A stretch of DNA of 59,151 nt from Firmicutes bacterium UBA1393 (GCA_002305255.1 DBQN01000083.1:28642-87792), one strand, 5' to 3'. Shown: positions 30,884 through 41,188, counted from the stretch's first letter. Numbers and translations are program-made. The notes: generated by a model not told the origin, from the sequence alone.

Positions 30884-31699
30884 CTACCTGATGGCCGCAA
30901 CCGGCAGCAGTTTCGCCAGTTTAGCTTCGCCTATCCCCGACACGAGGATCAAGTCCTCTACACGCCCAAACGGCCCGTTCTTCGTGCGGTACTCGATGAT
31001 CCTCTGAGCCAACACCTGACCGATACCTGGCAACTCGCACAGCTCGTCCACCCCGGCCACGTTGATGTTCACCCGGGGCCGCGCATCGCCGCCGCCTACG
31101 GCAGACTCGCCTGGTGACGGCTCCGGCAGCGACACCGTAGTGTCGACGCGGCCGGGTACGGCAGGCTCAACCGGTGCCTTCTGAGGCGATGTCGATGTGT
31201 GAGAATCCGGAACCACCGCCGGCTTCTGCGGGATGAACACTTGCTGGCCATCTTGCAGGCGGAGCGCGAGGTTCACACTGTCGACGTCAGCGTCATCAGC
31301 CGCGCCTCCCGCCGCCTCCACCGCATGGGCGATCCTGGCGTCGGCGGGTAGCTGGTACACGCCAGGCGCGCGTACGGCACCGGCCACGTGCACGAGAATC
31401 GTGGCCGCGCGAACTGACGGTTGGTCCGCACCTCGTTCGAGCTCGTCCGCGACAGCATCGGCTACCGACGTGCCAGCGGCCTGAGATACATCTGTGCTCA
31501 ACGACTCGGAGTGCGCAGCCGGTGCCGCAGCTGATTCGCTGGCACCCATGCCCACGGTCGGCGCCGTGAGCTGCCCTTGGGCATCTTCGACCTGCACCGG
31601 CACGGCTTTCTGAGAGCTGGCGACGACCATGGCAGTCGCGCCGAGCAGCGCAATGCCGGCTATGAGCAGCCATAACCTGTTCCGCAATAGCCTGTTCAT
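30884..31699 (-). CDS. comEA: competence protein ComEA (SLBB plus helix-hairpin-helix DNA binding)
   Basis: The start was moved to MNRLLRNRLWLL (SD AAGGAGG). The C-terminus has the HhH motif NINVAGVDELCELPGIGQVLAQRII. Confidence 0.85.
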   Translation of the reverse strand: MNRLLRNRLWLLIAGIALLGATAMVVASSQKAVPVQVEDAQGQLTAPTVGMGASESAAAPAAHSESLSTDVSQAAGTSVADAVADELERGADQPSVRAATILVHVAGAVRAPGVYQLPADARIAHAVEAAGGAADDADVDSVNLALRLQDGQQVFIPQKPAVVPDSHTSTSPQKAPVEPAVPGRVDTTVSLPEPSPGESAVGGGDARPRVNINVAGVDELCELPGIGQVLAQRIIEYRTKNGPFGRVEDLILVSGIGEAKLAKLLPVAAIR

Positions 31700-31806
31700 G
31701 GCAACGCCTCCTTTCGGGGGCGCCTGCACAACCGCCTCGGCCTGCCTTGAGCGCCCGCCCCGGAGCACGTAGGGCAAGGCGACCAGGCCTGCTCCGGCAT
31801 ATGCAG

Positions 31807-31854
31807 GCGCCGGGCCCCGTGAGGAGATACTACCATCTCCAAGGGGCCCGGCGC
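31807..31854 (-). terminator. strong GC stem-loop downstream of leuS (possible terminator lacking a U-tract)
   Basis: 12 bp perfect stem GCGCCGGGCCCC/GGGGCCCGGCGC enclosing a second GGAGAT/ATCTCC hairpin. There is no T-run on either strand. Confidence 0.4.
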
Positions 31855-31891
31855 TTCGTCAGCCTTGGCTAGCCCGGCAGGTGATTTGCCG

Positions 31892-34387
31892 TTATCCCAC
31901 CACGATGCTCAGGAGCTTGCCCTGGACAAACACGGTCTTCCTCACGGCCTTGCCGGCCACAGCAGCGGCCACCTTCTCACTCATCAGGGCAGCTGCGAGT
32001 GCATCCTGCTCTGTAGCGCTCGCAGGCAACACGATCCTGTCTCTCACCTTGCCGTTAACCTGAACCGCCACCTCAACGGTGCTGGCCTCCAGGGCACTCT
32101 CGTCCACCTCGGGCCACGCCACCAGATGCACACTGCCATCGTGGCCGGTGTCTGCCCACAGCTCCTCAGCGATGTGAGGCGCAAAGGGCGCCAGCATCAG
32201 TATCAGCATCTCGATGGCCCCTCCAATGACCTTCTTGCCGCTCTCAGTGGCAATGACGTCGTCCTTCAAGCCATACAGCGAGTTCACGAACTCCATGATG
32301 GCCGCAATGGCGGTGTTCAGTGCGTGCCTATCACTGATGTCAGACGTGACCTTCTTGAGGGCAGTGTGTGCCGCGCGCCTCACAGCCCGCTCGCCTTCGG
32401 TGGCGCCACTCATTGCGGCACCGCGCACTCCGTCTGAGAACACGCCGGCGTTCACGCATTGCGCCACCAGTCTCCATACGCGCTGCAAGAAGCGCCAGCA
32501 GCCTTCGACTCCCTCTTCACTCCACTCGAGATCCCTTTCGGGTGGCGACGCGAACAGCGTGAACAGCCTGGCCGTGTCGGCACCGAACCTCTCCACTATC
32601 TCGTCGGGGTCCACCGTGTTCCCCTTTGACTTAGACATCTTCGACCCGCCCAGCAGTACCATTCCCTGCGTGAGCAGGCGGGTGAAAGGCTCCTCCACTC
32701 CTATCAGCCCGATGTCGTGCAGGGCCATGGTGAAGAAGCGCGCGTACATCAGGTGCAGCACTGCGTGCTCCACCCCTCCGATGTACTGATCCACCGGAAG
32801 CCAGTAGTCGGCCTTGCGTCGCGACCATGGTTCGGTATCGGATCCCGGCGAAGTGTATCTCGTGAAATACCACGAGGAGCAGACGAAAGTGTCCATGGTG
32901 TCAGTCTCTCTGCGCGCCGGACCGCCGCACGTTGGACAGGTTGTGTTGACAAACTCAGGGCAGTCTAGCAGGGGAGATTGACCCGTTGGCATGAACTTCA
33001 CGCCCTTCGGCAGCATCACGGGAAGACTGCTCTCGGGAACGGGGACCTCTCCGCACTTGTCGCAGTAGATGATGGGGATCGGGGCACCCCAAAACCGCTG
33101 CCGGGAGATGAGCCAGTCACGCAGGCGGTAGTGAACCGCCCTCTTGCCGTAACCCTTCTGCTCCAAGAACTCGGCCATGGCGGGCCTGGCCTGTTCGGAG
33201 CGCATGCCGTCGAACTGCGCCGAGTTGACTTGCACACCGGCTCCGGTGAACGCCGCACTTGGCGCGTCAAGTGCTTCACCCTCAGTGCCTTCGGGCGCGA
33301 TTACGACCTTGATGGGCAGACCGTACTTCTTCGCCAGGTCAAAGTCGCGCTGGTCGTGGGCGGGCACTCCCATGACGGCGCCGGTGCCGTACTCCATCAG
33401 CACGTAGTTGCCGATCCACACCGGGATCTTCTCTCCGGTGGCCGGGTTCACAGCGTAGGAGCCTGTGAACATGCCGATCTTTTCGGCCTCTTCGCTCGTT
33501 CGCTCCATGTCTTCCTGCGAGATCACGTCAGCCACAAACGCCCTGAGTTCTGCCTCGTTGGGCTTGCCCGCGATCAGGCGGTCTACCATGGGGTGCTCCG
33601 GAGCAATGACGAGGTAGGTCACTCCCCAGAGCGTGTCATGGCGCGTCGTGAACACCGTAAGCGAACCGTCAACGTCGACAAGGCGGAACTCGATGTCCAT
33701 GCCCTCGCTCCGGCCTATCCAGTTGTGCTGCATGGTCTTCACATGTTCCGGCCAGCCGCTGAGCTTCTCCAGATTGTCGAGGAGCTTCTGGGCGTAGTCA
33801 GTGATCTTGAAGAACCACTGCTCCAGGTTGCGCTTGTTCACCGACGTATCACACCGCTCGCACTTGCCGTCCACTACCTGCTCATTGGCGAGCACCGTCA
33901 TGCACGATGGGCACCAGTTGACCTTCTGCGCCTTCTTGTAGGCCAGGCCATTCTTGTGCAGCTGCAGGAAGAGCCACTGCGTCCACCTGTAATACTCCGG
34001 ACTGCTCGATGACAACTCGCGATCCCAGTCATAGCTGTACCCGAGGCGCTTGAGCTGCTTGCGCATGTATGCGATGTTGCTGTCGGTCCATTCCGCCGGG
34101 TCCTTGCCATGCTTTATTGCAGCGTTCTCGGCAGGCAACCCGAAGGAATCCCAGCCCATCGGGTGGAGCACGTTCCAGCCGCACATCCGCTTGTATCTGG
34201 CCATCACGTCGCCGATCGAGTAGTTCCTGACATGACCCATGTGAATGCGCCCGGATGGGTAGGGCAGCATCTCAAGCAAGTAGAACTTGGGCCTTTCCGA
34301 CTCCTCGCTCACCTTATAGATGCCATCTACTTCCCAGTTGCTCTGCCACTTCTCTTCAGTCTCCTGAGCGAAGTACTTCTCCTGCAC
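31892..34387 (-). CDS. leuS: leucine--tRNA ligase
   Basis: Contains HMGHVRNY (HIGH) and KMSKSKGN (KMSKS) motifs. The start was moved to GTG 34387, giving MQEKYFAQE as in the canonical LeuS N-terminus, with GGGGGTG 6 nt upstream. Confidence 0.95.
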   Translation of the reverse strand: MQEKYFAQETEEKWQSNWEVDGIYKVSEESERPKFYLLEMLPYPSGRIHMGHVRNYSIGDVMARYKRMCGWNVLHPMGWDSFGLPAENAAIKHGKDPAEWTDSNIAYMRKQLKRLGYSYDWDRELSSSSPEYYRWTQWLFLQLHKNGLAYKKAQKVNWCPSCMTVLANEQVVDGKCERCDTSVNKRNLEQWFFKITDYAQKLLDNLEKLSGWPEHVKTMQHNWIGRSEGMDIEFRLVDVDGSLTVFTTRHDTLWGVTYLVIAPEHPMVDRLIAGKPNEAELRAFVADVISQEDMERTSEEAEKIGMFTGSYAVNPATGEKIPVWIGNYVLMEYGTGAVMGVPAHDQRDFDLAKKYGLPIKVVIAPEGTEGEALDAPSAAFTGAGVQVNSAQFDGMRSEQARPAMAEFLEQKGYGKRAVHYRLRDWLISRQRFWGAPIPIIYCDKCGEVPVPESSLPVMLPKGVKFMPTGQSPLLDCPEFVNTTCPTCGGPARRETDTMDTFVCSSWYFTRYTSPGSDTEPWSRRKADYWLPVDQYIGGVEHAVLHLMYARFFTMALHDIGLIGVEEPFTRLLTQGMVLLGGSKMSKSKGNTVDPDEIVERFGADTARLFTLFASPPERDLEWSEEGVEGCWRFLQRVWRLVAQCVNAGVFSDGVRGAAMSGATEGERAVRRAAHTALKKVTSDISDRHALNTAIAAIMEFVNSLYGLKDDVIATESGKKVIGGAIEMLILMLAPFAPHIAEELWADTGHDGSVHLVAWPEVDESALEASTVEVAVQVNGKVRDRIVLPASATEQDALAAALMSEKVAAAVAGKAVRKTVFVQGKLLSIVVG

Positions 34388-34428
34388 GAATAGCACCCCC
34401 GACTAAGTTCATCATTGCCCCGAAATAG

Positions 34429-34788
<360 letters not shown>

Positions 34789-34794
34789 GGTTTC

Positions 34795-34823
34795 ATTATA
34801 CTTCGACCCCTGACAGGAGTCAA
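34795..34823 (-). promoter_or_regulatory. near-consensus sigma-A promoter driving the T-box leader / tRNA-Ala / leuS
   Basis: Minus strand reads TTGACT (34823..34818), a 17 nt spacer, then TATAAT (34800..34795). Confidence 0.7.
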
Positions 34824-34897
34824 GTCGATTTCGCAGCGATTTCGCCGCCGTGCTGCAGCCGATATCGCCAGAGTGTAGCTGGCGTCGGGGATGCCCC

Positions 34898-35311
34898 TCA
34901 TTCGAATAGCGGGGCTCCGTCCTCTCCCTCGACCAGCCTGCGCACAGGGGCATCTCCCCATAACCTGTCTAGCAGGTAGTAGTCTCGTTGCTCATCGCGG
35001 AACACATGAACGACTACGTCTCCCCAATCCAGCAACACCCAGCCCGACTCGTCAGTCCCTTCCCTACGGCGCAGAGGGAAAGCGGTCTCGTCCATGGCCT
35101 CCATCACCGACTGACGAACCGCGCGCGCGTGCGTGTCAGTGTGAACACTGCAGATGACGAAGTAGTCAGCCATTATGGAAATGCCTGACATATCGAGGAT
35201 CACGATGTTGTCGGCCTTCATCTCATATGCGGCCCGCGCGGCGGCTGCCGCGGCGGAATACGATGGCAGGTCTTCTCTGAACTTCGTAGACTTACCCGAC
35301 AGTGAACTCAC
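34898..35311 (-). CDS. rsfS: ribosome silencing factor RsfS (Iojap/YqeL)
   Basis: 137 aa, with ...DNIVILDMSGISIMADYFVICS...GWVLLDWGDVVVHVFRDEQRDYYLLDRLWGDA. Confidence 0.9.
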   Translation of the reverse strand: MSSLSGKSTKFREDLPSYSAAAAAARAAYEMKADNIVILDMSGISIMADYFVICSVHTDTHARAVRQSVMEAMDETAFPLRRREGTDESGWVLLDWGDVVVHVFRDEQRDYYLLDRLWGDAPVRRLVEGEDGAPLFE

Positions 35312-35912
35312 CAGCCTCTTGCGATTTCTTGATCTCCTCCACCAAGGCCCTCGAACGGGCTAGGGCCGCCGGATCGGCATCGGCCCCCCTGTGACTGACT
35401 ATGTAAGACATCGAGTCCTCCAGCGCAGCAGCCAGCGCAAAGTCGACGCCTTGCCCGGCCAGCTCCCTGAGGTGGCTGACTCCGGGGAAATCCCTTCCTG
35501 GCTCAATGAAGTCGGCGAGGCAGACTATTCGATCCTCAATGCTCATCCCCGGTGCCCCGGTGGTATGATGTTCAATAGCACTCAGTACACGAGGATCATC
35601 CACACCGAAATCGATGGCCGCGATCCTCGCACCCGCCCAACCGTGGAGCAAGACCGCATTGGGCGTGTCGGCGTCGATTCCGGAGCCCTTCGCCTCACGA
35701 GCCATGCGCCTCAGAGTGTGCTCGTCGAGGTCCCTGCCACAATCGTGTAGCAGGCCAGCGACGGCACAGACATACTCATCTGCACCGAACCGGCGAGCCA
35801 TGTCACGCGCTGTCATCTCCACCCCGACACTATGGGCAAACCTTGGCGCCGACAGCCTCGCTTTCAGCGCTTCCCGAATGCGGTCGAGTGCCATCTCCTG
35901 AGCGAGTTCCAC
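35292..35912 (-). CDS. yqeK: HD-domain bis(5'-nucleosyl)-tetraphosphatase YqeK
   Basis: HD motif (RFAHSVGV...AGLLHDCGRD) in the nadD-yqeK-rsfS synteny. The start is uncertain: GTG 35912 with AGGGGGTG 6 nt upstream was preferred, and ATG 35894 or 35993 are alternatives. Confidence 0.8.
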   Translation of the reverse strand: MELAQEMALDRIREALKARLSAPRFAHSVGVEMTARDMARRFGADEYVCAVAGLLHDCGRDLDEHTLRRMAREAKGSGIDADTPNAVLLHGWAGARIAAIDFGVDDPRVLSAIEHHTTGAPGMSIEDRIVCLADFIEPGRDFPGVSHLRELAGQGVDFALAAALEDSMSYIVSHRGADADPAALARSRALVEEIKKSQEAGEFTVG

Positions 35913-36003
35913 CCGCCGCACCCCCTGACCTCTGGTAGTCACATGATAGCACAACACCCCCGAGTCGAAAACACCGGGGGCATTGCGCCACAACAGACCA
36001 GAG

Positions 36004-36279
36004 CTACTGGCGGACGTTCTTGGCTTCGTTGACGGTGAGCTCTCTCCCTTCCACTAAAGCACCGTTCATCGACTCGATTACAGAACCGGCATCATGGGCG
36101 GCCACCTCAACGAATCCATACCCTCGCGACCTGCCCGTATCTCGATCTGTGATCACTCTAGCTGCCAGCACATCTCCGTGCGCCGAGAACACCTGCCTGA
36201 GCTGCGAGTCATCAACGCTCCACGGCAGATTCCCAACGTACAACGTCACACTGGGCTCGTTCCTGAATTCGCCCGGCAT
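36004..36279 (-). CDS. RRM (RNP-1/RNP-2) type RNA-binding protein
   Basis: RNP-2 LYVGNL and RNP-1 RGYGFVEV motifs, 91 aa. The start was moved to ATG 36279. Confidence 0.85.
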   Translation of the reverse strand: MPGEFRNEPSVTLYVGNLPWSVDDSQLRQVFSAHGDVLAARVITDRDTGRSRGYGFVEVAAHDAGSVIESMNGALVEGRELTVNEAKNVRQ

Positions 36280-36351
36280 CGCGCTCTTACCCCCTCGGAC
36301 CATAGCCTGATGACGGTATTCTCCCCCGGCGTTCGGCGCAACATGCGCCGG

Positions 36352-36960
36352 CTATCGCGAGCAGGTATAGAGCTTCGATGCGAATATGTAGTCAATCACC
36401 ACATCCGGAAGGAGGTATCTCACGGGCCTGCCCGACCGCACCCTTGCGCGGATGTCGGTAGATGATATGGCCAGTGCCGGCACTTCGAAGAAGTTGATTT
36501 TGGATGCATTCGGGCCGAACATTTGCGCGATTCTTTCGTGTTCCAGAACGTAGCCCGGCCTTGTGGCTGCAACGAACTCGCAGAGCTGCATGAGAACGTC
36601 GTAGTCCTTCCAGCCTGTCATCTGAAGCACTGCGTCTGCGCCTGTGATGAAGAGCAGATCGGTACCGGGCGGGTACAACTGCTTGAACTCTCGCACAGTG
36701 TCGATTGCATACGTAGGCCCCGGCCTGTCCACCTCGATGGAAGACACACCGAAATGAACGTTGCTCTGTGTTGCCAGTCTGGTCATGGTCAGCCTGTGCT
36801 CGGCTTCACTCACGTCTTTCTCCTGCTTGTGGGGCGGGCGCCCTGTGGGAACGAACACAACCCTGTCAAGGCCAAATGTAAACCTCGCCTGCTCAGCCGT
36901 GACGAGGTGTCCGTAGTGTATGGGGTCAAACGTGCCCCCCATGATGCCGATCCTCTGCAT
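36352..36960 (-). CDS. nadD: nicotinate-nucleotide adenylyltransferase
   Basis: The start was moved to MQRIGIMGGTFDPIHYGHL (SD AGGAGG 6 nt upstream). Length is 202 aa. Confidence 0.9.
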   Translation of the reverse strand: MQRIGIMGGTFDPIHYGHLVTAEQARFTFGLDRVVFVPTGRPPHKQEKDVSEAEHRLTMTRLATQSNVHFGVSSIEVDRPGPTYAIDTVREFKQLYPPGTDLLFITGADAVLQMTGWKDYDVLMQLCEFVAATRPGYVLEHERIAQMFGPNASKINFFEVPALAISSTDIRARVRSGRPVRYLLPDVVIDYIFASKLYTCSR

Positions 36961-36976
36961 ATGGTGCCTCCTGCTG

Positions 36977-38278
36977 CTACCCGCGGCCGATGGTGTACTC
37001 GTCACCGAACACGAACTCCTGATCTGCGATACGCAAGGTATCACCCGGCTCCATGCCCTGGTCTCTTAGGAGTTGGTATATCCCGGCCTTCTCGAGCATC
37101 CCTGAGAGTCTGGCCATAGCAGCTTCGTTGTTGGTATCCGTCCGCCTTAGCAGGTTCTCGACGCCTTCGCCGCTGACCACGTAGACCTGACCGTCGCGTG
37201 ATATGGTGACCTCCCTCAGCCGAGGACCTCGCGAGACATACTCCACAACATCCGCCTCTGGCTCAGCCAGGGGAGCCGGAGGGGGAAGCGTAGCGAGGGT
37301 TTCAGATATGGCATAGAGCAACTCTCCGATGCCATCGCCGGTGACGGCGGATATCATGTACACCTTCGTGCCCTTCGGCTGTAGAGCATCCCTCAGCGCT
37401 GCCGCCCGCGACGAAGAACCCGGCAGATCGCACTTGTTGGCGACCACTATCTCAGGCTTTGAGTCAAGCCCCGGATCGTAGAGTCGAAGCTCGTTGCGTA
37501 TGCTCTCCCAGTCATCAACGGGGGATCTACCGGAGTGCTCGGATACATCTACCACGTGAACCAGCAGACGAGTGCGCATGATGTGCCTGAGGAATTCGTG
37601 CCCCAGTCCCACGCCTTGCGATGCCCCCTCAATCAACCCAGGGATGTCAGCTGCCACGAAACTATCGTCGCCGACCTGCACGACGCCTAGCACAGGGCTG
37701 AGGGTAGTGAAGGGATAGTCGGCGATCTTGGGCCTGGCCGCCGAAATGCGCGATAGGAGTGTCGACTTGCCCGCGTTCGGGTAACCGATGAGGCCCACGT
37801 CTGCCAGAAGTCGCAGCTCCATGCCGATGCGTCGCTCCTGCCCGGGCTCGCCTTTCTCCGCAAACCGCGGCGTTCTCCTTACCGGCGTCGCGAACCTCGC
37901 GTTCCCGCGCCCCCCTGAACCGCCGCGCGCGACAACAACCTTCTGACCTGCCGTTGACAGGTCAGCAACGATCTCAGGGTTGGTGAGGTCACGAATGATG
38001 GTTCCCACGGGCACCTTGATGGTAAGGTCATCGCCGTCAGCCCCTGACTTGTTCGAGGTCTGGCCTGGCATACCGTTCTTCGCCCTTATGTGTTTCTGAT
38101 AGCGGAAGTCCATCAGCGTACGTACAGACTCGTCGGCGACAGCAATGACGCTTCCGCCGCGCCCGCCATCACCCCCGGATGGACCCCCTCTGGGCACATA
38201 CTTCTCACGTCTGAAGGCGACTGCCCCGTCGCCTCCATCGCCTGCCTTGACGTACACTTCGACCTGATCAACGAACAT
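36977..38278 (-). CDS. obg: GTPase Obg/CgtA
   Basis: Begins MFVDQVEVYVKAGDGGDGAVAFRREKYVPRGGPSGGDGGRGG (glycine-rich Obg fold), with the G-domain motif GYPNAGKST and a C-terminal OCT-like domain. Confidence 0.95.
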   Translation of the reverse strand: MFVDQVEVYVKAGDGGDGAVAFRREKYVPRGGPSGGDGGRGGSVIAVADESVRTLMDFRYQKHIRAKNGMPGQTSNKSGADGDDLTIKVPVGTIIRDLTNPEIVADLSTAGQKVVVARGGSGGRGNARFATPVRRTPRFAEKGEPGQERRIGMELRLLADVGLIGYPNAGKSTLLSRISAARPKIADYPFTTLSPVLGVVQVGDDSFVAADIPGLIEGASQGVGLGHEFLRHIMRTRLLVHVVDVSEHSGRSPVDDWESIRNELRLYDPGLDSKPEIVVANKCDLPGSSSRAAALRDALQPKGTKVYMISAVTGDGIGELLYAISETLATLPPPAPLAEPEADVVEYVSRGPRLREVTISRDGQVYVVSGEGVENLLRRTDTNNEAAMARLSGMLEKAGIYQLLRDQGMEPGDTLRIADQEFVFGDEYTIGRG

Positions 38279-38394
38279 GCTCATGAGCTCCTCAAGAGGC
38301 GGTGTGCCTTACTATCTGCCCCAGTCTCTGCAATCTCTCACTCTTATTCGCTTATCCACTCCTATTCTCCTGTTTTCCATTGAACCACGTGCAC

Positions 38395-39093
38395 TCAGCC
38401 GATCGCGGCGCCGCGGCTTGCCTCCGATCGCACCTCTTTCACCGCGGCGCGGTAGTTGAGGGCCCAGTGGACCATCCATGCGTAGACCAGCCCGTGCCGA
38501 GCCAAGACACCTAAGGCCGCCCCGGTTACCGTCGGCATGAGCATTGAGTAAGCCACCAATGCCCGCGGCGCTCCGGCCACCGCCATTGGCACGGCATGCA
38601 CTAGCCCGAAGACCACCGCCTGTAGCGGCACAGCCAGGGTCGGCCCTAAAACAACGGCAAGCCAACGCTGCAGGAGCCCTCTGAACAGGACCTCCTCTAG
38701 CAGCGCGCCTGAAGCGGTGAATGTCGCCGCCCTCATGCGGCGCAGCCGACGCGGGCTGTGCACCAGGGCCTGCCCTGCACCGCCGGCGCTCACCCCGGCA
38801 CGTTCCACCCACAGGCCGCACTCTCGCAGCAGCCCTGCTCGACAACGGTCGCCCGCCATCGACGCAACCACATAGACGGCGATTGCGCCCATCACCGCGC
38901 CAGCGTTCATCGGGCCGACAATGCCCAGTGCCACGACGGGGTCCCCTCGAGCCAGGGCCAACGCAACAAGTACTGACACAAGCAGCACGTCACCGATGTC
39001 GAACCCGGACGAGGCCCATCGCACCCATGTGTGCAGACGCACAAGCACGCTTATGGCCACTATAGATAGTACAACGACGGTTCCAGATCGCAT
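38395..39093 (-). CDS. CPBP-family intramembrane glutamic endopeptidase (CAAX protease/Abi family)
   Basis: Polytopic membrane protein with LEEVLFRGLLQ (EExxxR) and FGLVHA (FxxxH) motifs. The start was set to ATG 39093 (SD AAAGGA 9 nt upstream), which overlaps the rSAM stop by 34 nt. Confidence 0.8.
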   Translation of the reverse strand: MRSGTVVVLSIVAISVLVRLHTWVRWASSGFDIGDVLLVSVLVALALARGDPVVALGIVGPMNAGAVMGAIAVYVVASMAGDRCRAGLLRECGLWVERAGVSAGGAGQALVHSPRRLRRMRAATFTASGALLEEVLFRGLLQRWLAVVLGPTLAVPLQAVVFGLVHAVPMAVAGAPRALVAYSMLMPTVTGAALGVLARHGLVYAWMVHWALNYRAAVKEVRSEASRGAAIG

Positions 39094-40619
39094 CTGATAC
39101 GGTCCTTTGCTTTGGCGAAGTTCTCTTCCGCGCTGCACTCATCATCCCACGACCAGAGGATGCTCTGAAAGAACACGCGGTAACCGTTGCACCTTGGGTC
39201 CGGGCAGTTGATCCTGCCACTCGTCGAGAGGGCGGCGGCCCTGCAACCTCCCCCGCAGAAGTAGCGCACGGTGCACCGCCGGCATTGAGGCATCAGGTCG
39301 ACATCAGGAAGGGGCCACGGACTGAATACGCCCTGCTCCTCAAGGAGCCGCTTCGCCTTGTCGATGGTCAGCGGCAAGTGCGAATCCATTAGCAGGTGAC
39401 ACGGGTACACCAGTCTGCTTGCCGACACTGCCAACACCGCGCTTCCGGCCCCGCATCTGTCGCGGGGAACTACGAAGCCTACCTCATCAAGGCTGACGAT
39501 CTCCGGCGCTCCAGCCCGTCTCCAGCATGCCTCCATGTACTCTACCATTGAGAAGGCGAACCTATGCCCACTATCGACCTTGATGGGAGAGGCGGCGCCC
39601 GCACCGACGGGCTGAAACAGGCTGATGTGGCACTTCACTCCTAGAGACGAGCTGAACTCCCATATGGCCTCTGTATCATAAGTGTTCAACAGGCCAACTG
39701 TCGGCACCAACTCGACATTCGGCACACCTGCGCTGACAAGGTTTTGCACACCCTTTACAGCAGCGGCATGGGATCCAAGGCCTCGTATGCTGTCGTGCCG
39801 CTCTGGATCAGGCGACTCAATGCTCACCTGAACGTCACAGCCTAGTTTGGCAAGACGTTTCGCCAGGCGCCGGTCGATCCGTGTTCCGTTCGTTGCCAAC
39901 ACCACCCGCGTGCCGGGCACCGATACAATGCTGATCAGATCCAGCAGGTCTTCCCTCAGAGTGGGTTCACCGCCGGTGACCACGACTTCAGCCGGCTTGA
40001 TCGTTGCCACCCACTCAGCAGATGACCTTGCGTGCCATTTGTCAGCCTCCTCATGACAAAAATCGCGGTAGCAGGTTCTACACCTGAGATTGCAGCTCTC
40101 ACTCACAACAAAGTGGATCTTCTTCGGCCTGAATGGCCGGATTCCCTGACCTGCACACTGCGGGTCAACTGAGCCGTCGCCATGATCTGCTTGGATTTCA
40201 TCATCGCCGTAGTCGTCACAGCACTTCTCTCTGATCCTGCCCATCACGGCCTCTCTGATCCCTGCTGGCTGCACGTACTCCTCCAAGAGCTTCATCTCAC
40301 GCAGCCGCTCAAAGGTGTTCAGCATGTCGCTCACAGCCTCGCTGCCGTGTTCTGCCGCCAGCCTGTCGCACACGGTTCCTACGCTCACGCCCAGTGCGTC
40401 GCTGCAGTAGCGTCCCGCCTCCGAAGAGAGCCGCGCCCACGAGCCCTTCCCAGTGTTGATGATCAGCATGCCATCGTCATCCTGGATGAGCCGGGAACCG
40501 TTAGATAGCCTGTACACCGTTGATCTATCCGGCACTGGCACGGTATCACTCCTCCCCCAATACATGGCGAGGAACCAACCGCATTGCGATGGTTGGTTCC
40601 TCTCGAGGTCAACGCTCAT
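39060..40619 (-). CDS. radical SAM / SPASM-domain peptide-modifying enzyme with N-terminal PqqD-like RRE
   Basis: 519 aa with a CNLRCRTC (Cx3Cx2C) motif. The C-terminal Cys clusters (CGAGS..PCH, CRRCTVRYFCGGGCRAA, CPDPRC) are typical of SPASM. Residues about 35-125 (VYRLSNGSRLIQDDDGMLIINTGKGSWARLS...LLEE) look like a PqqD-type leader-recognition element. Confidence 0.85.
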   Translation of the reverse strand: MSVDLERNQPSQCGWFLAMYWGRSDTVPVPDRSTVYRLSNGSRLIQDDDGMLIINTGKGSWARLSSEAGRYCSDALGVSVGTVCDRLAAEHGSEAVSDMLNTFERLREMKLLEEYVQPAGIREAVMGRIREKCCDDYGDDEIQADHGDGSVDPQCAGQGIRPFRPKKIHFVVSESCNLRCRTCYRDFCHEEADKWHARSSAEWVATIKPAEVVVTGGEPTLREDLLDLISIVSVPGTRVVLATNGTRIDRRLAKRLAKLGCDVQVSIESPDPERHDSIRGLGSHAAAVKGVQNLVSAGVPNVELVPTVGLLNTYDTEAIWEFSSSLGVKCHISLFQPVGAGAASPIKVDSGHRFAFSMVEYMEACWRRAGAPEIVSLDEVGFVVPRDRCGAGSAVLAVSASRLVYPCHLLMDSHLPLTIDKAKRLLEEQGVFSPWPLPDVDLMPQCRRCTVRYFCGGGCRAAALSTSGRINCPDPRCNGYRVFFQSILWSWDDECSAEENFAKAKDRIRCDLEPSLYYL

Positions 40620-40717
40620 CCAATTGTGATGACATAGCCCCAGAACGGGAAGGAGACGCAGATGCCGTTGATGGACATGTTCGCTCTAGGGGCTCGGCCT
40701 GCCAGGATCCTGAACAC
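40616..40717 (-). CDS. candidate RiPP precursor peptide (33 aa; possibly 48 aa if it starts at ATG 40762)
   Basis: Not in the ORF track because it is shorter than 60 aa. SD GGAGGTGA lies 5 nt before GTG 40717 and the product is MFRILAGRAPRANMSINGICVSFPFWGYVITIG. The stop TGA overlaps the rSAM ATG (ATGA). The in-frame upstream ATG 40762 would add MICACRPHIIAEVIK but has no SD. Confidence 0.6.
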   Translation of the reverse strand: MFRILAGRAPRANMSINGICVSFPFWGYVITIG

Positions 40718-40789
40718 CTTGATCACCTCCGCAATGATGTGTGGCCTACACGCACAAATCATGGTCGCGCTTGCAGCCACATGTTACCA

Positions 40790-41188
40790 TCATTCGCGGC
40801 TTTCCTGCACCATCTGAATGGGCGAATTTGCTAGGTGAATCAAGGATTCTGACACGCCGATGAGGCCCGACGCAAAGGAATAGGTCACCGCCATGCTCCT
40901 GTTATTGACCCCCAGCTTACGGAAGATCGACCTGACGTGGGTCTTCACTGTGTTGACCGACACGAACAGCCTTGACGCGATGGCGGTATTGGACAGGCCC
41001 TGTGCCATCAACTCCATCACGCGCTGTTCACAACTGGACAGCTGAGGCACCGGCCCTTCGTGAGCCAGCAGCCTCGCCAGAGCCGCAACTGAGGACCGAC
41101 CGTCGCCCCTGGCCCCATCCCTGTTCATCGCAGCCAGAATGGGGCACATAATCGTTGCAGCGCTCTTGTCAGATGCTGATTCAGACAT
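40790..41188 (-). CDS. LuxR/GerE-family HTH transcriptional regulator
   Basis: 132 aa with the C-terminal region LSSCEQRVMELMAQGLSNTAIASRLFVSVNTVKTHVRSIFRKLGV, a classical GerE-type HTH. Confidence 0.85.
   Translation of the reverse strand: MSESASDKSAATIMCPILAAMNRDGARGDGRSSVAALARLLAHEGPVPQLSSCEQRVMELMAQGLSNTAIASRLFVSVNTVKTHVRSIFRKLGVNNRSMAVTYSFASGLIGVSESLIHLANSPIQMVQESRE

Noticed and set aside
32978-34012. 344 aa ORF on the + strand
   Set aside because: It is antisense to leuS (HIGH/KMSKS motifs are on the minus strand) and has a low-complexity Arg/His/Leu composition.
38312-38845. 177 aa minus-strand ORF overlapping the CPBP gene in another frame
   Set aside because: Its composition is Arg/Gly/Ala-rich, whereas the overlapping frame carries the EExxxR and FxxxH CPBP motifs and TM helices.
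40737-40784. Inverted repeat TGTGGC ... GCCACA between the LuxR gene and the peptide ORF, considered as a possible LuxR operator or RNA hairpin
   Set aside because: Only 6 bp arms separated by about 25 nt. This is too weak to call without comparative data.
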